Part shown: positions 12,186-25,201 of the stretch, piece after piece
Position numbering within the stretch: position 1 is the first letter of the stretch
Layout: every line of letters starts with the position of its first letter
Translations under genes and position numbers: made by a program
Assembly (NCBI GenBank): GCA_043228905.1
Contig: JBHGNT010000013.1
Coordinates: 18,662,001 to 18,726,000, forward strand
Source of the DNA: Azolla caroliniana
Lineage: Eukaryota; Plantae; Polypodiophyta
DNA length: 64,000 nucleotides
Direction of reading: 5' to 3'
The notes under the pieces: generated by a model
Databases searched by the model: none
What the model saw: the letters and a program-made list of their open reading frames with translations, nothing else
Told to the model about the DNA's origin: nothing

Positions 12186-14545
12186 CTAATTTGCATAGCC
12201 CTTTCTACGTTCTTCCATATAATAAGAAGTATTTGGTTCCATTGTTCTTGATGATAGCGATGTTGTTCTATGAGTCAAATACTTCATTTGAGGATCGTAT
12301 TGGTATCTTTTGAAGAACTTTGTTTTAACAAAATAGTCATACATGTAGGCTGCACCATTAAATTGTGGTAATACCAGCCAACATGCAACCAATACCTTCA
12401 CCTTTCCCCATAATGGTATCCTTGCAAAAGACAAAGATACAAGTAATGTATTAGCTTTGTAGTGTTACACGGATTGTTAGTTTTGAAATCAAATTAACGA
12501 GCCTCTTTATGTTGTGGTGGCTAATGATCCTAACAAATATCACAAAAACTAGGTTATACTATCACATACAAGCTTATCTTGAAATTATTTAACAAGACTT
12601 ATATTCCAATTGTGCTTCATTTAATAAATGCTTATGTGTGTTGTACTTAATGTGAAAGGATTCAATACATATTACATACCACACGTGCACAATAGCAAAC
12701 TTCATCTATTCAATGATTAATCTTGTAATGGTTCACAGTCATCATATAATACATTTTATCATGTGCATCCCCAATGATCCATGATAGGCATGTCTTTTCT
12801 AAGTTATCATCAATATGTATGAATGTCCAATGATTGGTAGCATCATTGACTCCATAACTTGGTAACGTTATGATACTAAAGACTCTAGGAAGCATTGGGT
12901 TAGACGTTAGGGATGGACAAGACTAGTTTGTGTATTACATATTTAGAGTGTACACAAATCCACATCCACATGTAGGAACCCACAAATGGAACCTTATTTT
13001 GTTAGTGTAAATTACACTTCCTAAAATAACAATAAGATTTCCTAGAATACTTCATGTAATTACTTCAAGTAAGAGAGATGGGAGGGAATAAGAAATACCA
13101 ATAGAATATCCCTGCAAAAGATAACTCAATGAGGGTGACAAACGAATATATCACCCAATATGTCAACCATTGTTTATCATATGCTTTATCACGACTCTCA
13201 ATTGCTTTAATAGACATTATCCTGCACAATGACCCATTAGAGAGGAATTTGATTAATCGAGGCAAGATTATCATTAAACGCCCAATGTTGCATATTCTCA
13301 TTCACTATGGTTTGTGAGGTTCATGTGCTCACGTGTTTATAAACCCCCATGAAAAGGGGTTCTTGAAAGTTATATTGCATGATCTAAGAATGTTGGTTTG
13401 TGAAACCCTTAACAATGAGTCATAGATGTACTAAGTAATGTTAACAACATGGACTAGTAATCAACTGTGGACAAAATTTAAATGTGGCATTTTGGTAATT
13501 AGCTTACCTAGTGGTGAGTTGTTAAATTACTAGTTATAGGTCATGGGTTCGAGACCTAACTTTCTCACCTCTCTATTACTTCTTCATATATATTTTCTTA
13601 ATTTACTACATGCCATTCTGGAATCTGGGGTTTGAACATATAATATAAACTTCAAGTGACCTCGGGCTCGATACACAACTTTCGCACCTCTCTATTGCTT
13701 CTTACATATTTTCTTAATTTATTAAATGCCATTGTGGAATGTAGAGGTTAAACATCTCTTTCTCTCTCTCTCTCTCTCGTAGTTAGCTTACCCTATTGGG
13801 CACTACATCTTGGGCACGAAACTCAATTTTCTCACCTCTCTATTACTCCATAGATATCTCTTATTTCACTAGATGCCAGTGTGGAATGTAGGGGTTGAAC
13901 CCATGACCACTTGGTCTCCCTTCCCCCCCCCCCCCCCTTATCTCTCTCGTGAAAACACACAATTATATTAATAAATGTGTGTGAAAAAACACTACTTAAA
14001 ATGGGTATCGCAATGAAGTATGGTCACCCATTAACTACAATAGAAACACACAATTATATTAATAAATGTGTGTGAAAACCACTACTTACAAAGGGTATCG
14101 CAATGGAGTATGGTCACCCATTAACTACAATAGAGAGAGCAATCCATTTGATTGATAACTTATAGAAGAAATATAAAAAGGAATAAAAATTTAGGGGTGT
14201 GGGTGTAGACCTCTAAACATATTTAAAACATATTTGTTCATTGATGCAATTTTTCTTGCATTCAAAACTATTGATATCATTTTTGTATAATGTATTTTCA
14301 TGGAATTATAAAAGCATAAAAGGGAAGATATACACTATACTTACAAAGGATAGAGAAGCATGAATGAAGTCCTGTTCAAATAAATAAACATTTGTATGAT
14401 GAATAGTTTATATGAGGTTTGTATGCTTATCTTTAAGTTATTTATCTTCAATTTTAGATTTTGTTTCACACTTGTATGATGAATAGTTGTTCAAGCAATA
14501 TGAAAAATATCGTATATACAACCTGTCATGAAAATATCCCTTCAT
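12186..14545 (-). CDS. HVA22: HVA22-like (TB2/DP1/REEP family) protein
   Basis: Exons 14371-14345 (TSFMLLYPL), 13221-13099 (SIKAIES..DKQWLTYWVIYSFVTLIE) and 12420-12186 (WIPLW..K....CWLVLPQFNGAAYMY) splice in frame. First exon is tentative: 14545-14523 has an ATG, a GT donor and the correct phase. Confidence 0.85.
13495..13915 (+). repeat. Three diverged ~130-bp copies with tRNA/SINE-like A/B-box motifs in the HVA22 intron
   Basis: The core cacctctctattRctYc..atgccaKtStggaatStRgRgg recurs near 13560, 13680 and 13830. Each copy is preceded by gggttcgagacc, gggctcgatac or gggcacgaaac; tagcttacc precedes copies 1 and 3. Confidence 0.55.
13953..14133. repeat. ~90-bp tandem duplication
   Basis: aaacacacaattatattaataaatgtgtgtgaaaa..gggtatcgcaatg..gtatggtcacccattaactacaataga occurs twice in tandem. 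Confidence 0.85.
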
Positions 14546-16279
14546 GTACTCAATACTTTAATCTTCTTCGAGTTAAAGTTTGCACATTAACAATGTTGAT
14601 TCTCAAAACCCAAAATGATGGACCTTTACTTATGTGAAGCTAGTGTCTACTTCTTTTAAGGAAACAATACTATTTTGAAGTATAAAATAAAGGTTTTGTT
14701 TCTTAAATTAAGAAAATTTGCTCTATATTTGATTGCTACTAAATCTGAGAAGAGAACCCACAAAGAATTCAAAGTTGTAGGCAAGGACTACGCGATAAAG
14801 GGACTAAAGTTGTGTTGAATGACATTTTAACTGATGGAGTATATTCTTTTGTGAAAAAATCAAATAAAATTCAAAGTTGTAACACCCAAAGAAAAGTTTA
14901 ATTATGCTCCCCACCAACTTTGTGGGAGACATTTCACTCACATTGTTTTTAGGAATGCATTATGTTATGCAAGAGAAACATGGCAAAAATAAATGGATTG
15001 TCTTAGGGAAAACCTAATAAGTTATCTTAATCAAACATTGATGGCCCTAATTTATAATATCTCAAATGGTTGAACCTCCCATTGGAAAATGCCAAAAGAA
15101 CTTTTGAAAATGATGAGTAGGAATCCATTATTGGAGATTGCTTCATCTGTTTGTGCACACCTCTTATACTTGTGGCCAAAGGAAATTGGTATTGATTATA
15201 GAAACACACCATCATGCAAGATTCAACGAAACATTGCTAAGAGGCATTCCTAAGAGGCAATGAATTCTTTCAAACTCCTTTGACTACTTGTTTCCTATAA
15301 ACCAATTGCTTTTTCATATGCCACACACATTATTATAAAATGTATCAAGCCATAGTTTGGGTTGCAATACCATACAAACATTTGTGGCTAATTAAAATCT
15401 ATAGAAGCCGAGGTGATCTGGAAATTATCAAATGTCAATCCTTAAGTAATGTGTCCTCCCATATGGAGGCACAAGGTATGGGTTTAAATAAGTTGACAAA
15501 TCTCATACCACATGGGCTTGTGTGCATAGGAAGTTTGTGGCTTGTGATCCATTATTTATGACTCATATGTCCTTTTCTGAAACAAAATATGCCAGGTAAC
15601 ACCAACGATAAGATACATGCATAAGATATTGATATTGATTGCACCAACTCCTATTATAAATGCATCCCCCAATTCTCTACTTTCTAATATTGTAGTTGAC
15701 CTTTGATTTTTTCTAAGTACATAATCCATTTGCCAATTCCCTACTTTCTAATATTGTAGTTGTCCTTTAATCTCTTTAAATGCTCAACCTATATTATATG
15801 GGGATTGATATATTTCACGCTAGTAGATATACAAGATTGGAAATTTGAAGAGCATTTTTACTATGCTAATGGAGGGAATCCCATTGATTAACTCTTAAGA
15901 GAGTAAAATAAATATATCAAAATTCATCATCAACCTCATGGCTAAAGCAAAAAGAACGCACACTCATATCATAGCTTAAGGATATGTTAATAATATCGTA
16001 GTTTAACTTAATCATATTTTTTTGTGTGAACAAATAGTCATTAGGAACCTGCAACATTATCTATGATCTGTATTCAGGAATGAAAGCCACAATATTAGGA
16101 CATCTTTTAGACGATTTGCAATCCACTAGAGTTTCATGTAACGCCTTTTAGAAAGAATCATCAAAAGCCTCTCCTACCATGACTTTGGTACATTTGCCAA
16201 TCAATGTTGACATTAGATAAAAATTAGCATGGGGGCTTTTAACTCCTCCCAAAATTGCTTGAAGAATTCAATTGACCCG

Positions 16280-19200
16280 TCCTAGTGTTTTCTAGTGATC
16301 CCATCCATTCAAAGATTCTTAAAACTCATATTGTAAAAATTGATCCTAACTCCACAACTCCCCCCCGTTCGAAAAGTGGGTCCCCCCCCAGTTCGACAAG
16401 TGAGAACCCACCAACCACAATTCGAGTAGTTGGCCCCCACTCCCATACACCCCCCCCCCCCCCCCCCCCCCCCAAAAAAAAGATGCATTCCAACTCCGTC
16501 ACTCATGGCACCTTCGAACATCGCGACTGTCAAACACATAGCACAAACAAGACCCTCGATCGATGACGGAAAAAAGCAAGATAAAAACATCTCTGATAGC
16601 GGGGGTCTTGTTGAGATTATTTTCAATAACGAAGAGATGCTTCTACTTGAGCAAGAGATAGAGCGCCTTGAGCGAATAGTGGTCATATGCTACATGATGG
16701 GATCATGACCAAATAGAGGGTTGTTGCGAGATATGTTTCAAGCTAAATTTCATTCACAACTGCGTGGTATAAAAGAAGTCCAAATCATACTAGAAGACAA
16801 GGATTCTGCAACGAACCTCATAGCACTATCTCCCTTCCAGGTCCGAAACACATGGTTGTTCATGCGTAAATGGACACATGGTTTTAACCTAGAGAAAGCC
16901 ACGCAATAGGATGATTCCATGAAAAAGGTAACAATGTTGTTTCCTGGATTATCCTTAGAATACAACATGTTACTTCCTACTATTGGGAACTCCTTTGGTA
17001 TGATGCTGGATGAGGAACGAACGCTAGCGGACAGGCTAAAGAAGCACCTAGGCCCTCCCTCTATCCGCCTCTTGGTACAGGACATCAATAAACTTACCTC
17101 CAAGATCCTCATTCCCGGGAAAAATGGAATGCGGAAATTGAACAACGCATAGAAGTGATTGGCGCACCGAGGCAATGTTTTGCCTGCAAAAAACTTGGTC
17201 ATATAAAAAAGAACTGCCCCACAAGACGTATTGAAGATCCTACAAAGGAGACTCTGGAAGGTCAGGACACCATAAGACATTAGAAGCCTCCCCCACCACG
17301 ACCCGACAAGACTGTGATGGAATGGCGAGTGGTGGAAAAAACCCATGTCCTTCGAAAAACTTCACTGGCACAAAATCCTCCATCGCCTACGAGCCCCAAT
17401 CGATTTGATCTACTACAAGAGCTCCCCCCCACGGATGAACATTCCCCTAGTTCTTTCTTAAGCCCCAAGGAACGGCCTAAGGTGACACTAAGCACACAAG
17501 AGAAAGTTCTCATTAAAGCTTACAAAATAGGGAAGCAAAGAAGAATAAGTCACGTTAAGACCTTAATATGGAGCTTGAGTGGAACGACACCCAATGCAGA
17601 AGCAACAAACCAAGGCAGAATATCATAGTCTTCTTGGACACAAATGAGTGTGCTTCCTCTAGCCAAGACCTTGAACCACACCTGCAAAACGCCTTGAAAT
17701 GGCTAGGTATAGGGCTCAAGACAGTGGAAAAAATAAGGGTACATGTATCAGCGGTACACAATAACGGAGTTTCGATGACCTCAATCTCCTTTCCACTCTT
17801 GCTTCCAACACAGGAAGATTGGTCGAAATCTAAGATTAAAGATACATTATGTAGCCAAGCAGCATGCTTTGTAGCAAAAATAAGAGATGAAGAGCTCATG
17901 AACGAACTAAAGTAGCATTGGTATAACACTGAATTCTGGTGCACCATGAATGAAGAGGAACCTCATCTTTGCCACATCCACCTACGGACTATCATAGACG
18001 CCCAACTAACTCCAAGCTTTTTCTATTTCTATGAGAAGTATGAAGGGGCGATTGAAGCTCACAGGATAGCCCACAAACTCCACTCATGGATGTGGACCAC
18101 TATTCCATCCTTGGAAATGACTGGATATCTAAATGGTGAGTGCTCCCCACTCACGACCTGTTGTGCAAAGCACCAGGAACAATTGGAAATCTCCCACCCC
18201 ACTCCATGAGTATGAAGATTATAACATGGAACGTGCAAGGGCTCAGACGTAGACTAGACAAGCAAAACAAATGGAAACTGAGAAGGGATCTTGAAGAATA
18301 TTTACTAGGGAGTGGTGCTGACATCGTCATGTTGTAGGAACACCACCTCGATAGCATGCAATCAAAGGAAGTCGGAGACCTTCTACCAGGATCATGGCGA
18401 ATGATTTGGGAGCCAGCAATTGGGGAGGATGGAAATCATGGTGGTATTTGCACTTGGATTCGGGAACATCTAGCCCAAGGCTTAATACACCAGGAATCAC
18501 TTATACCTGGTAACGTTGGCCATCCAAGGGCAACGATGGAACTTCATGAATGTTTATGCTCCAAATAGCAGAACAGAAAGGGCAACATTCTGGGACCGCA
18601 TCCGCCTACAAGTAGCAGATGCGGAAGAGTGGTGCATTGGAGGGGATTTTAATATGATCGAATCCATTCACGATAGCTCCAACAACAACCCCATAGTTCT
18701 ACGAGGAAGGGAACGTAAACAATGGGAGAAGTTATGTGTCCACCTTAACTTGCGAGACATCTGGCATTCTGACAACTTCCAACGAAAAAGGGATTCTCTC
18801 CTATTCTCCCGATCATACGGGTGGAATAGTGGGCCCACCCTATCTCGCATTGACCACATTTATGTGGGGGAGGCTCTAGAAGCGAAGGGAGGGTGGTGTC
18901 ACATAACGCCAGGGACGACTTTCTCTGACCATTACCCGATAGCTAGTCATTTTCAATTGCACCGAAAATGGGGCCCATTCCAAACTCACATCCCACACAC
19001 TATTTACACACTTACATATGTGAAGGACCAACTATCCAACCAATGGTCATTACCCGTCAATGACTCATCAGCATCTGACAAACTTCTAGCTAAACCAACA
19101 AGAGCTTCTACTCTCCTACATGAGATTGTCCAGACCAAAAGCAAGGATGCTCAAGAGAAGCGACAGATGACAAAACGGGGACTAATAGCCATAGAACGAC

Positions 19201-22200
19201 TCCAACAGAGATACCCATCTTGTATTTGGATCGCAGGACAAGTCGCCACGGCCAAACATGAACTTAGCATGGGGGAAAAGGAAATATATGACATGGAGTT
19301 TCATGGAAGCATGGCGCAATGGATTCGAGTAGGGGACAAAACCACAAAGGAATTCTTCTGCTCCAAAGGCCCGAGGCACGCTAGAACTGTGATGCGTAGC
19401 CTCAACCGAGAGGATGGAACGACCATTGAGGATGGCGACGAAATGAGGAATATTGCCACAAGTTATTATCGCCGCCCACTTACCGAAGACATTATAGCTA
19501 CAGGGGAAGACATAAAAGAAGATATTATCCTCCCAAGCATACCCGAGAAAGTCACGCCGGAAATGAATACATGGCTCGTGCGTCCCCTATCAATCATCGA
19601 GATATGGGAGACCCTCACTGATTTAGATGTCGATAGTTGCCCCAGAATCGACGGCCTCACCCCACACTTTTTCACAAGCCTTTGGGACACTATTAGAGAA
19701 GACCTCCTCCAGGCATATGAGGATATCATCACCTCTGGAAGCATGCTGGAGGAATTTGGACAAGGGATGATACATCTCATTCCTAAAAGTGGTGGGAATG
19801 CCAATGACATTAGCAAGTGGCGGCCCATAACTCTTCTCAATATTGTCTATAAATTGCTCGCAAAAATCGTGGCATGCCGTTTAACACCACTTCTCCCTCA
19901 ACTCATTCATCCGTCCCAGACAGGTTTCGTTAGAAATCGGAGGATCCTAGACAACCTCTTCTCATTCTGGGAAGTAGTAGCCCTTGCCAAGCGAACCAAC
20001 AACAAGGTAGCGGTGGTGTTACTAGATTTTGAGAAAGCATATGACAGGGTATGCTAGAACTTTCTAGAAAGTGTGATGGGGAAACTCGGCTTTCAAGAGA
20101 CATGGATCAAAGGCATTGCAGGACTTTATAGGAATGGCAGCTGAAAGGAGCCCCTTTTTCCGAATATCCCGATCTGTACGACAGGGGATGCCCACTAGCT
20201 CCATCCTTATTTCTATTATACACCGAAGCACTCTCTTGCTTTCTCAACTCGTGGCATCTCAACCTACGTGGTCTTCCCGTACCTCATTCTCACCAAAGCA
20301 TCCTGGATATAGAATTTGCAAATGACACAACAGTCTACCTGCAAGGGGACTTGGAAAACCTCCAAAAGCTAGAAAGTGGGCTAGCTATATTTTGCGAGAG
20401 ATCCAACACCATGATCAATTAGCACAAATCCTGCGCAATATGGCTCTCTCAAGAAACACATCCGGTGTGGCACCCACATCCCGCTTTCAAATGGATCAAT
20501 CAAGGAGCGAGCACCAAATATTTGGGTTTCCAAATTGGTTTCAACATACCTCTGGAGACTATGATTGCACCTGTTATCCATTCCATTCGACAAAAGTTGA
20601 TACATTGGAGTTCGAAAAAACTGTCGTTAGCGGATCGCATCATAGTGGCAAATCAAGTAGTACTCGCAACAACATGGTACAGTCTATCATGCTGGACAAT
20701 CTCCAAGGAATGTATACATCATATTCAATGACTGGTTCACAACTACATTTGGTCTGGTAAGGAAGACCACGTAGCTCGCGCCAAGGTGGCGTGGCCTATA
20801 CTCACATCACCTAAGTCGGGAGGAGGATTGGGTCTTATCGATCCCCTTTCACAATCGAAAGCCTTACTTGCCAAATTTGTGGTGCGAGGACTCCAACCAG
20901 GAAATGATTGTTGGAAAATGCTATTGAGGTTACGTTTCGCTTACTTTAGGCCACGAAAAGGGGTCAATTGGGCCCCCCAAACGGGATGGATTCTAAACAT
21001 GGATCCCAAACCTAGTTTCTCCCGCCAATTGGAGGATAGATTCAGTGCATCCATGTGGAAGGCATGGTGTGACATTCGTCGAGGGCTCAAGTGTGATCAA
21101 CCGAGATTCGAACCTGCCTAGCTTAGTCAACGTATCCTATGGAACCCATGTATCAAGGATGAATCTAATCAACTACTGGGATCACGTAAGGGGTTGGCAT
21201 GGGGATACATTGTAGAAGGTCCAGGAAAAAGTATAAAATGTTGGTGACGGTTTATGTCACTGCCACTACAAGATCAGGCAAACATACTCCATGGAATCAA
21301 TGGCGGATGGACTATGAGATCGGAAATCATTAACGCTCTACTAATTAGGGAATCTGCTACTCAAAGGACGACAATGGAGAAATGGATAGGCCACGGGGAG
21401 GAGGGATCTCTATTCCCAAGAGGTAGGGGACCACCAAACAAACTTGAAGGCTCTAAATTGCGACACACTGAGACACCAACACAGAATAACGCAATTGGAG
21501 TACTCACGTATACTGGTCATAAATGGATTATAGATCCGGATCCAATCAAAGTACAACCCAATTGACACATATGTATTCATGAAAACACATGGCTACGTAA
21601 GGTCAGTTGGGACCCTTTGCAATGCACATGGCGTGATCCCTATGCGGCGCAAGGAAGCAAACACATCCCTTTCTTCCAATTCACAACTAGATTGGGTCGC
21701 CACATTCTAGCCGCTCAAACCGCCCGAGAGCTGGCTGCTGCGAAGGTCTGGCACACATTTCAAGTTCCTCCCATAATAATCACCTAGTTTTGGTAGAAAA
21801 TCTGGAAACAACAACACACGAGGCGAATTACCACGTTCCAATGGCTATTAATACATAAGTCCCTACAGGTGGGAGCATGGCAACGTGGGAACCTTAGCTC
21901 TCCTAATTGTGTAGAGTGCCCACATGCAGTAGAATCAATACGACACACTCTATGGGACTGCCCAACATCCCATCGAATATGGCGGGGGGTTGGCCGCTTG
22001 TTGCAATTATGCCAGGTGCAAGGCTCAATCAAGGTGGGAAATATATGTTGGCTATCATGGCAGGGCGCAATTGGTAGATACGAGCATTAGGAGGAGGGGA
22101 TGACTTTGGTGATAAAAGCACAAGAGGTCTTTTTCTCCTCTAGCGGCAATGTCCACTCCACTCCTCTTAATGACAAATCTCAAGAGCTGTTGGAATTGGT

Positions 22201-22526
22201 CAGCCCAATAACTCTTTGGATTCTATGGAAACAACGATGTAGGCGAGTCTTCTCCAACCAAACCGCACATCCAACAAGGTTACTACAAGAGATATGGAGT
22301 GAAATTGTAGCCACTTTGAAGAGCCAATACGATGGCCTTAAGGGCGGCTACGAGGGAGTTGAAAGACAACGAATAGCCTTCATCCAACAATGGTCGTCCT
22401 CCCCTTTCTTGAGTCAGTGGGCATCCACATAAGATGGAACTATCGCATCCCTTCAGGGATTTGTACATAATCGTCTCATTTGTAAAATTTTATAACTAAT
22501 GGGAGGAGTTTTTTTTTGGAAAAAAA
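16280..22526 (+). mobile_element. L1-clade LINE, near full length, degenerate
   Basis: ORF1 remnants from ~16505 with zinc knuckle QCFACKKLGHIKKNC (~17173-17217). ORF2 18206-22432: APE (MKIITWNVQGL, GGDFN, SRIDHIY, FSDHYPI), RT (WRPITLLN..YKLLAK, HPSQTGFV, DFEKAYDRV, RQG, EFAND) and zf-RVT (CVECPHAVESIRHTLWDC). Many stops and frameshifts; short A-tail 22520-22526. The 5' end is approximate and no TSD was found. Confidence 0.93.
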
Positions 22527-24563
22527 GAGAGAGAATATATGTGTGATTGTATTTAGGATTGACCTTGATGAGGCTCTAGATGGTGATTCACTATTAGATG
22601 GGCAAGAGAAAATAGAATTAAAATGGATCACACATTCCATTGCCAAATCCAATTTATTTTAGTCTAGTTCATGTTTGCTTTGAGCCCATCATGATGTATA
22701 AATTCAAGAATGTTGTAGAATAGCAACATGTATCTATTACAAGCATTATCTTAGCTATATTTGCCATTTACAAGTGTTATCAAAGCATAAAAGAATGAGA
22801 CAAAGCCGAAATATAGGATGTCGTGTACACAATCATCATGTGTAGAATGGATTTGATATTGAAATTGATTTTTACAGGTAAAAGGTGGCAAATGCGTTGA
22901 GAATTTTACCTCAAGAATTAGTTAGTTATTGAGTTAATAATGCCAAGGGAGAAGGTAGTTTATCATTAGGAAAACCATATTTGGGACTAGATGGCCACTG
23001 TCTAGTTTGTGAAATTTCGTAACCAATCAGCATGGAGATGTATCCCTACATTGCCCTTCGAAATTTGATGGCATGGTCACTACTTTGTCACTCTTAAGTA
23101 AATAGTCCCTCACTTTCCTTTGAGGATTTTTTCCATTACTTTAAGAGAAAGAACTGAGGATGGATATTCTTCATTAATCAAGTAAATATCCTACCTTGCT
23201 CCTAAAATAAAAGGTGTTATATTGGAAGTGGTTTAGGTAATGTAAGCAAATTGACCTCACCAAGGTATGGTTAGATGCAAGGAATATAAAGTTGCCACAA
23301 TAGCAAGAAAGTGAATTCTAATCCTTTAGAAGTTGATATACACATCTTCTCACATGGATCAAGGGAAATTGGACAATGAAAATTTTCCGCTAGAAACTAG
23401 ATAATGTAAGTCTCATTTGTATGTGTAGGCTTGCACATTCTTCCTCCATCATTGAGGACATATACTTATTTCATTTCACTTGATAATGCTGATCTATACC
23501 TATAGAATTACCTTGCAACGATTTGGTATAAAAAAACAAATGATGTCAAGAAACTAATAGCAACAAATGATGTCATTGTATATTGAAAAACGTTGCATGC
23601 ACTATTGTTTATATTCAAATGGTTATGAATTTACATGAGCATGTAAGAATTTCCTTATTTTCATATACATATGTATATATTTTGAATACAATCCCAAGGC
23701 CAATTTCTACCCTGTGAGAGGGAAAATGTTGAATATACACATAAGCGGGAAGACACTCATCATTGGCATAAGGTTATATATACATTAATATGTCATTATA
23801 ATCCAAGATGAGAACATTTCAAAATTTCCACATTTTCTTATTTACATGAGTATCTTACCGATCTATAGAGTTCAAATAAAAGTCTTTACCATGGAACTCT
23901 ACTTTCATCTATTATTTAATCAAACTTTCACACCATGAAACCCCATTTTAAAATTATTTACTCTATAACTAAATGAAGTGTGAACTTTGAAGGCATCTAG
24001 AAACAACATTAAATTGTGAACTAAGGCAAATAATATTAAATGTGAGAGAGGATGTACCCGGCAATTGTGTCGAAATTTCTTAAGAATGCAAAGAGGAGTG
24101 AGAAAAGGAATGAACATAAGGACACCTCTTGAGCCATCTCTCAAGTTAGCTCACTCACTCACAAAGCTTCTCATCCTTTATAACATTGAGGAAAGCATCA
24201 AATCTCACCCCACGCAAAGACAATTCCATGACTACCTTTTCTTAACTTAAAAGCAAGGGATAAATATTGGGTATATTTTCATTGCCATATCAAATTGTTT
24301 GGCCTAATGTGAAATGTGTGTGCATAAGATCTTGCCAACTAGTTTCTTTGGCGTAATATGAAAGAACCATAATAAGAAACTTCACCATGACTGTTATGTC
24401 TTATGTGAAGGTAGTACAAGGTCGACCCTCTAGTATGTTGAATGAAACATTGCGGTGGTGTTATTGTCATATAAGTAAACAAAAACTTTGCTAAAATAAG
24501 CTTGATTGTTCATTAAATTGCAAGAATACCCCTTCATCATTTGAGATTGTCAAAATGTATCAC

Positions 24564-24597
<34 letters not shown>

Positions 24598-25201
24598 GAG
24601 TCATGTTTGACTTCTAAGGAGAATTATAAAATGTATGTATGTACATATCTCTACCATAAATATGTAGAAAATGAGGGATATTTTTTAAATATTGTAAAAC
24701 GGTGAGGATATTATCATAAATAAAGAGGGTAGGCTCCTTTTATCCTCAAATTCATTAATATGAAGTGAAGACACTCCCATTTGAATATGCTTACATTCAC
24801 TTTTACCCATCCACTACGGTAGCAATCTTTAAAAACAATAATCAATACATACCTACATGTTCATGATTCATAAGGAAACATTTAAACACACTAAGAGGCT
24901 TCAACGGAAGTATCTACAACATACTTTAAAAGTATACAATATTTACATACTGGAATTTCCATGAAAATCTGAACATCGTGACGTTATCGTACGGGATAGA
25001 TTAGCTCATGCAAATGGGGGCTTTGATTTCGGTTAGGACTCTTGCATAGGAGATTGATCCTAGGTAAGTATTATATACATACATTCCTTACATATTCCAC
25101 ATCTTGATGTATGTGAGCTTTACATATTCCACATCTTGATGTCAATGTGAGTGTGGCTATTGTTATGAGGTCATCTTTATCTTTGTTCCAAAATGTATGC
25201 C

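Noticed and set aside
14950-15300. Possible PIF/Harbinger transposase remnant on the minus strand
   Set aside because: Only vague motifs (..FLWP.., GAI-like); no TIRs or TSD found.
16450-16473. Poly-C run giving poly-Pro/poly-Gly ORFs
   Set aside because: Homopolymer in the LINE 5' region upstream of the likely ORF1 ATG; length unreliable.
22530-24560. Possible old LINE/LTR debris between the LINE and the U-box gene
   Set aside because: No diagnostic motif or terminal structure could be established by eye.
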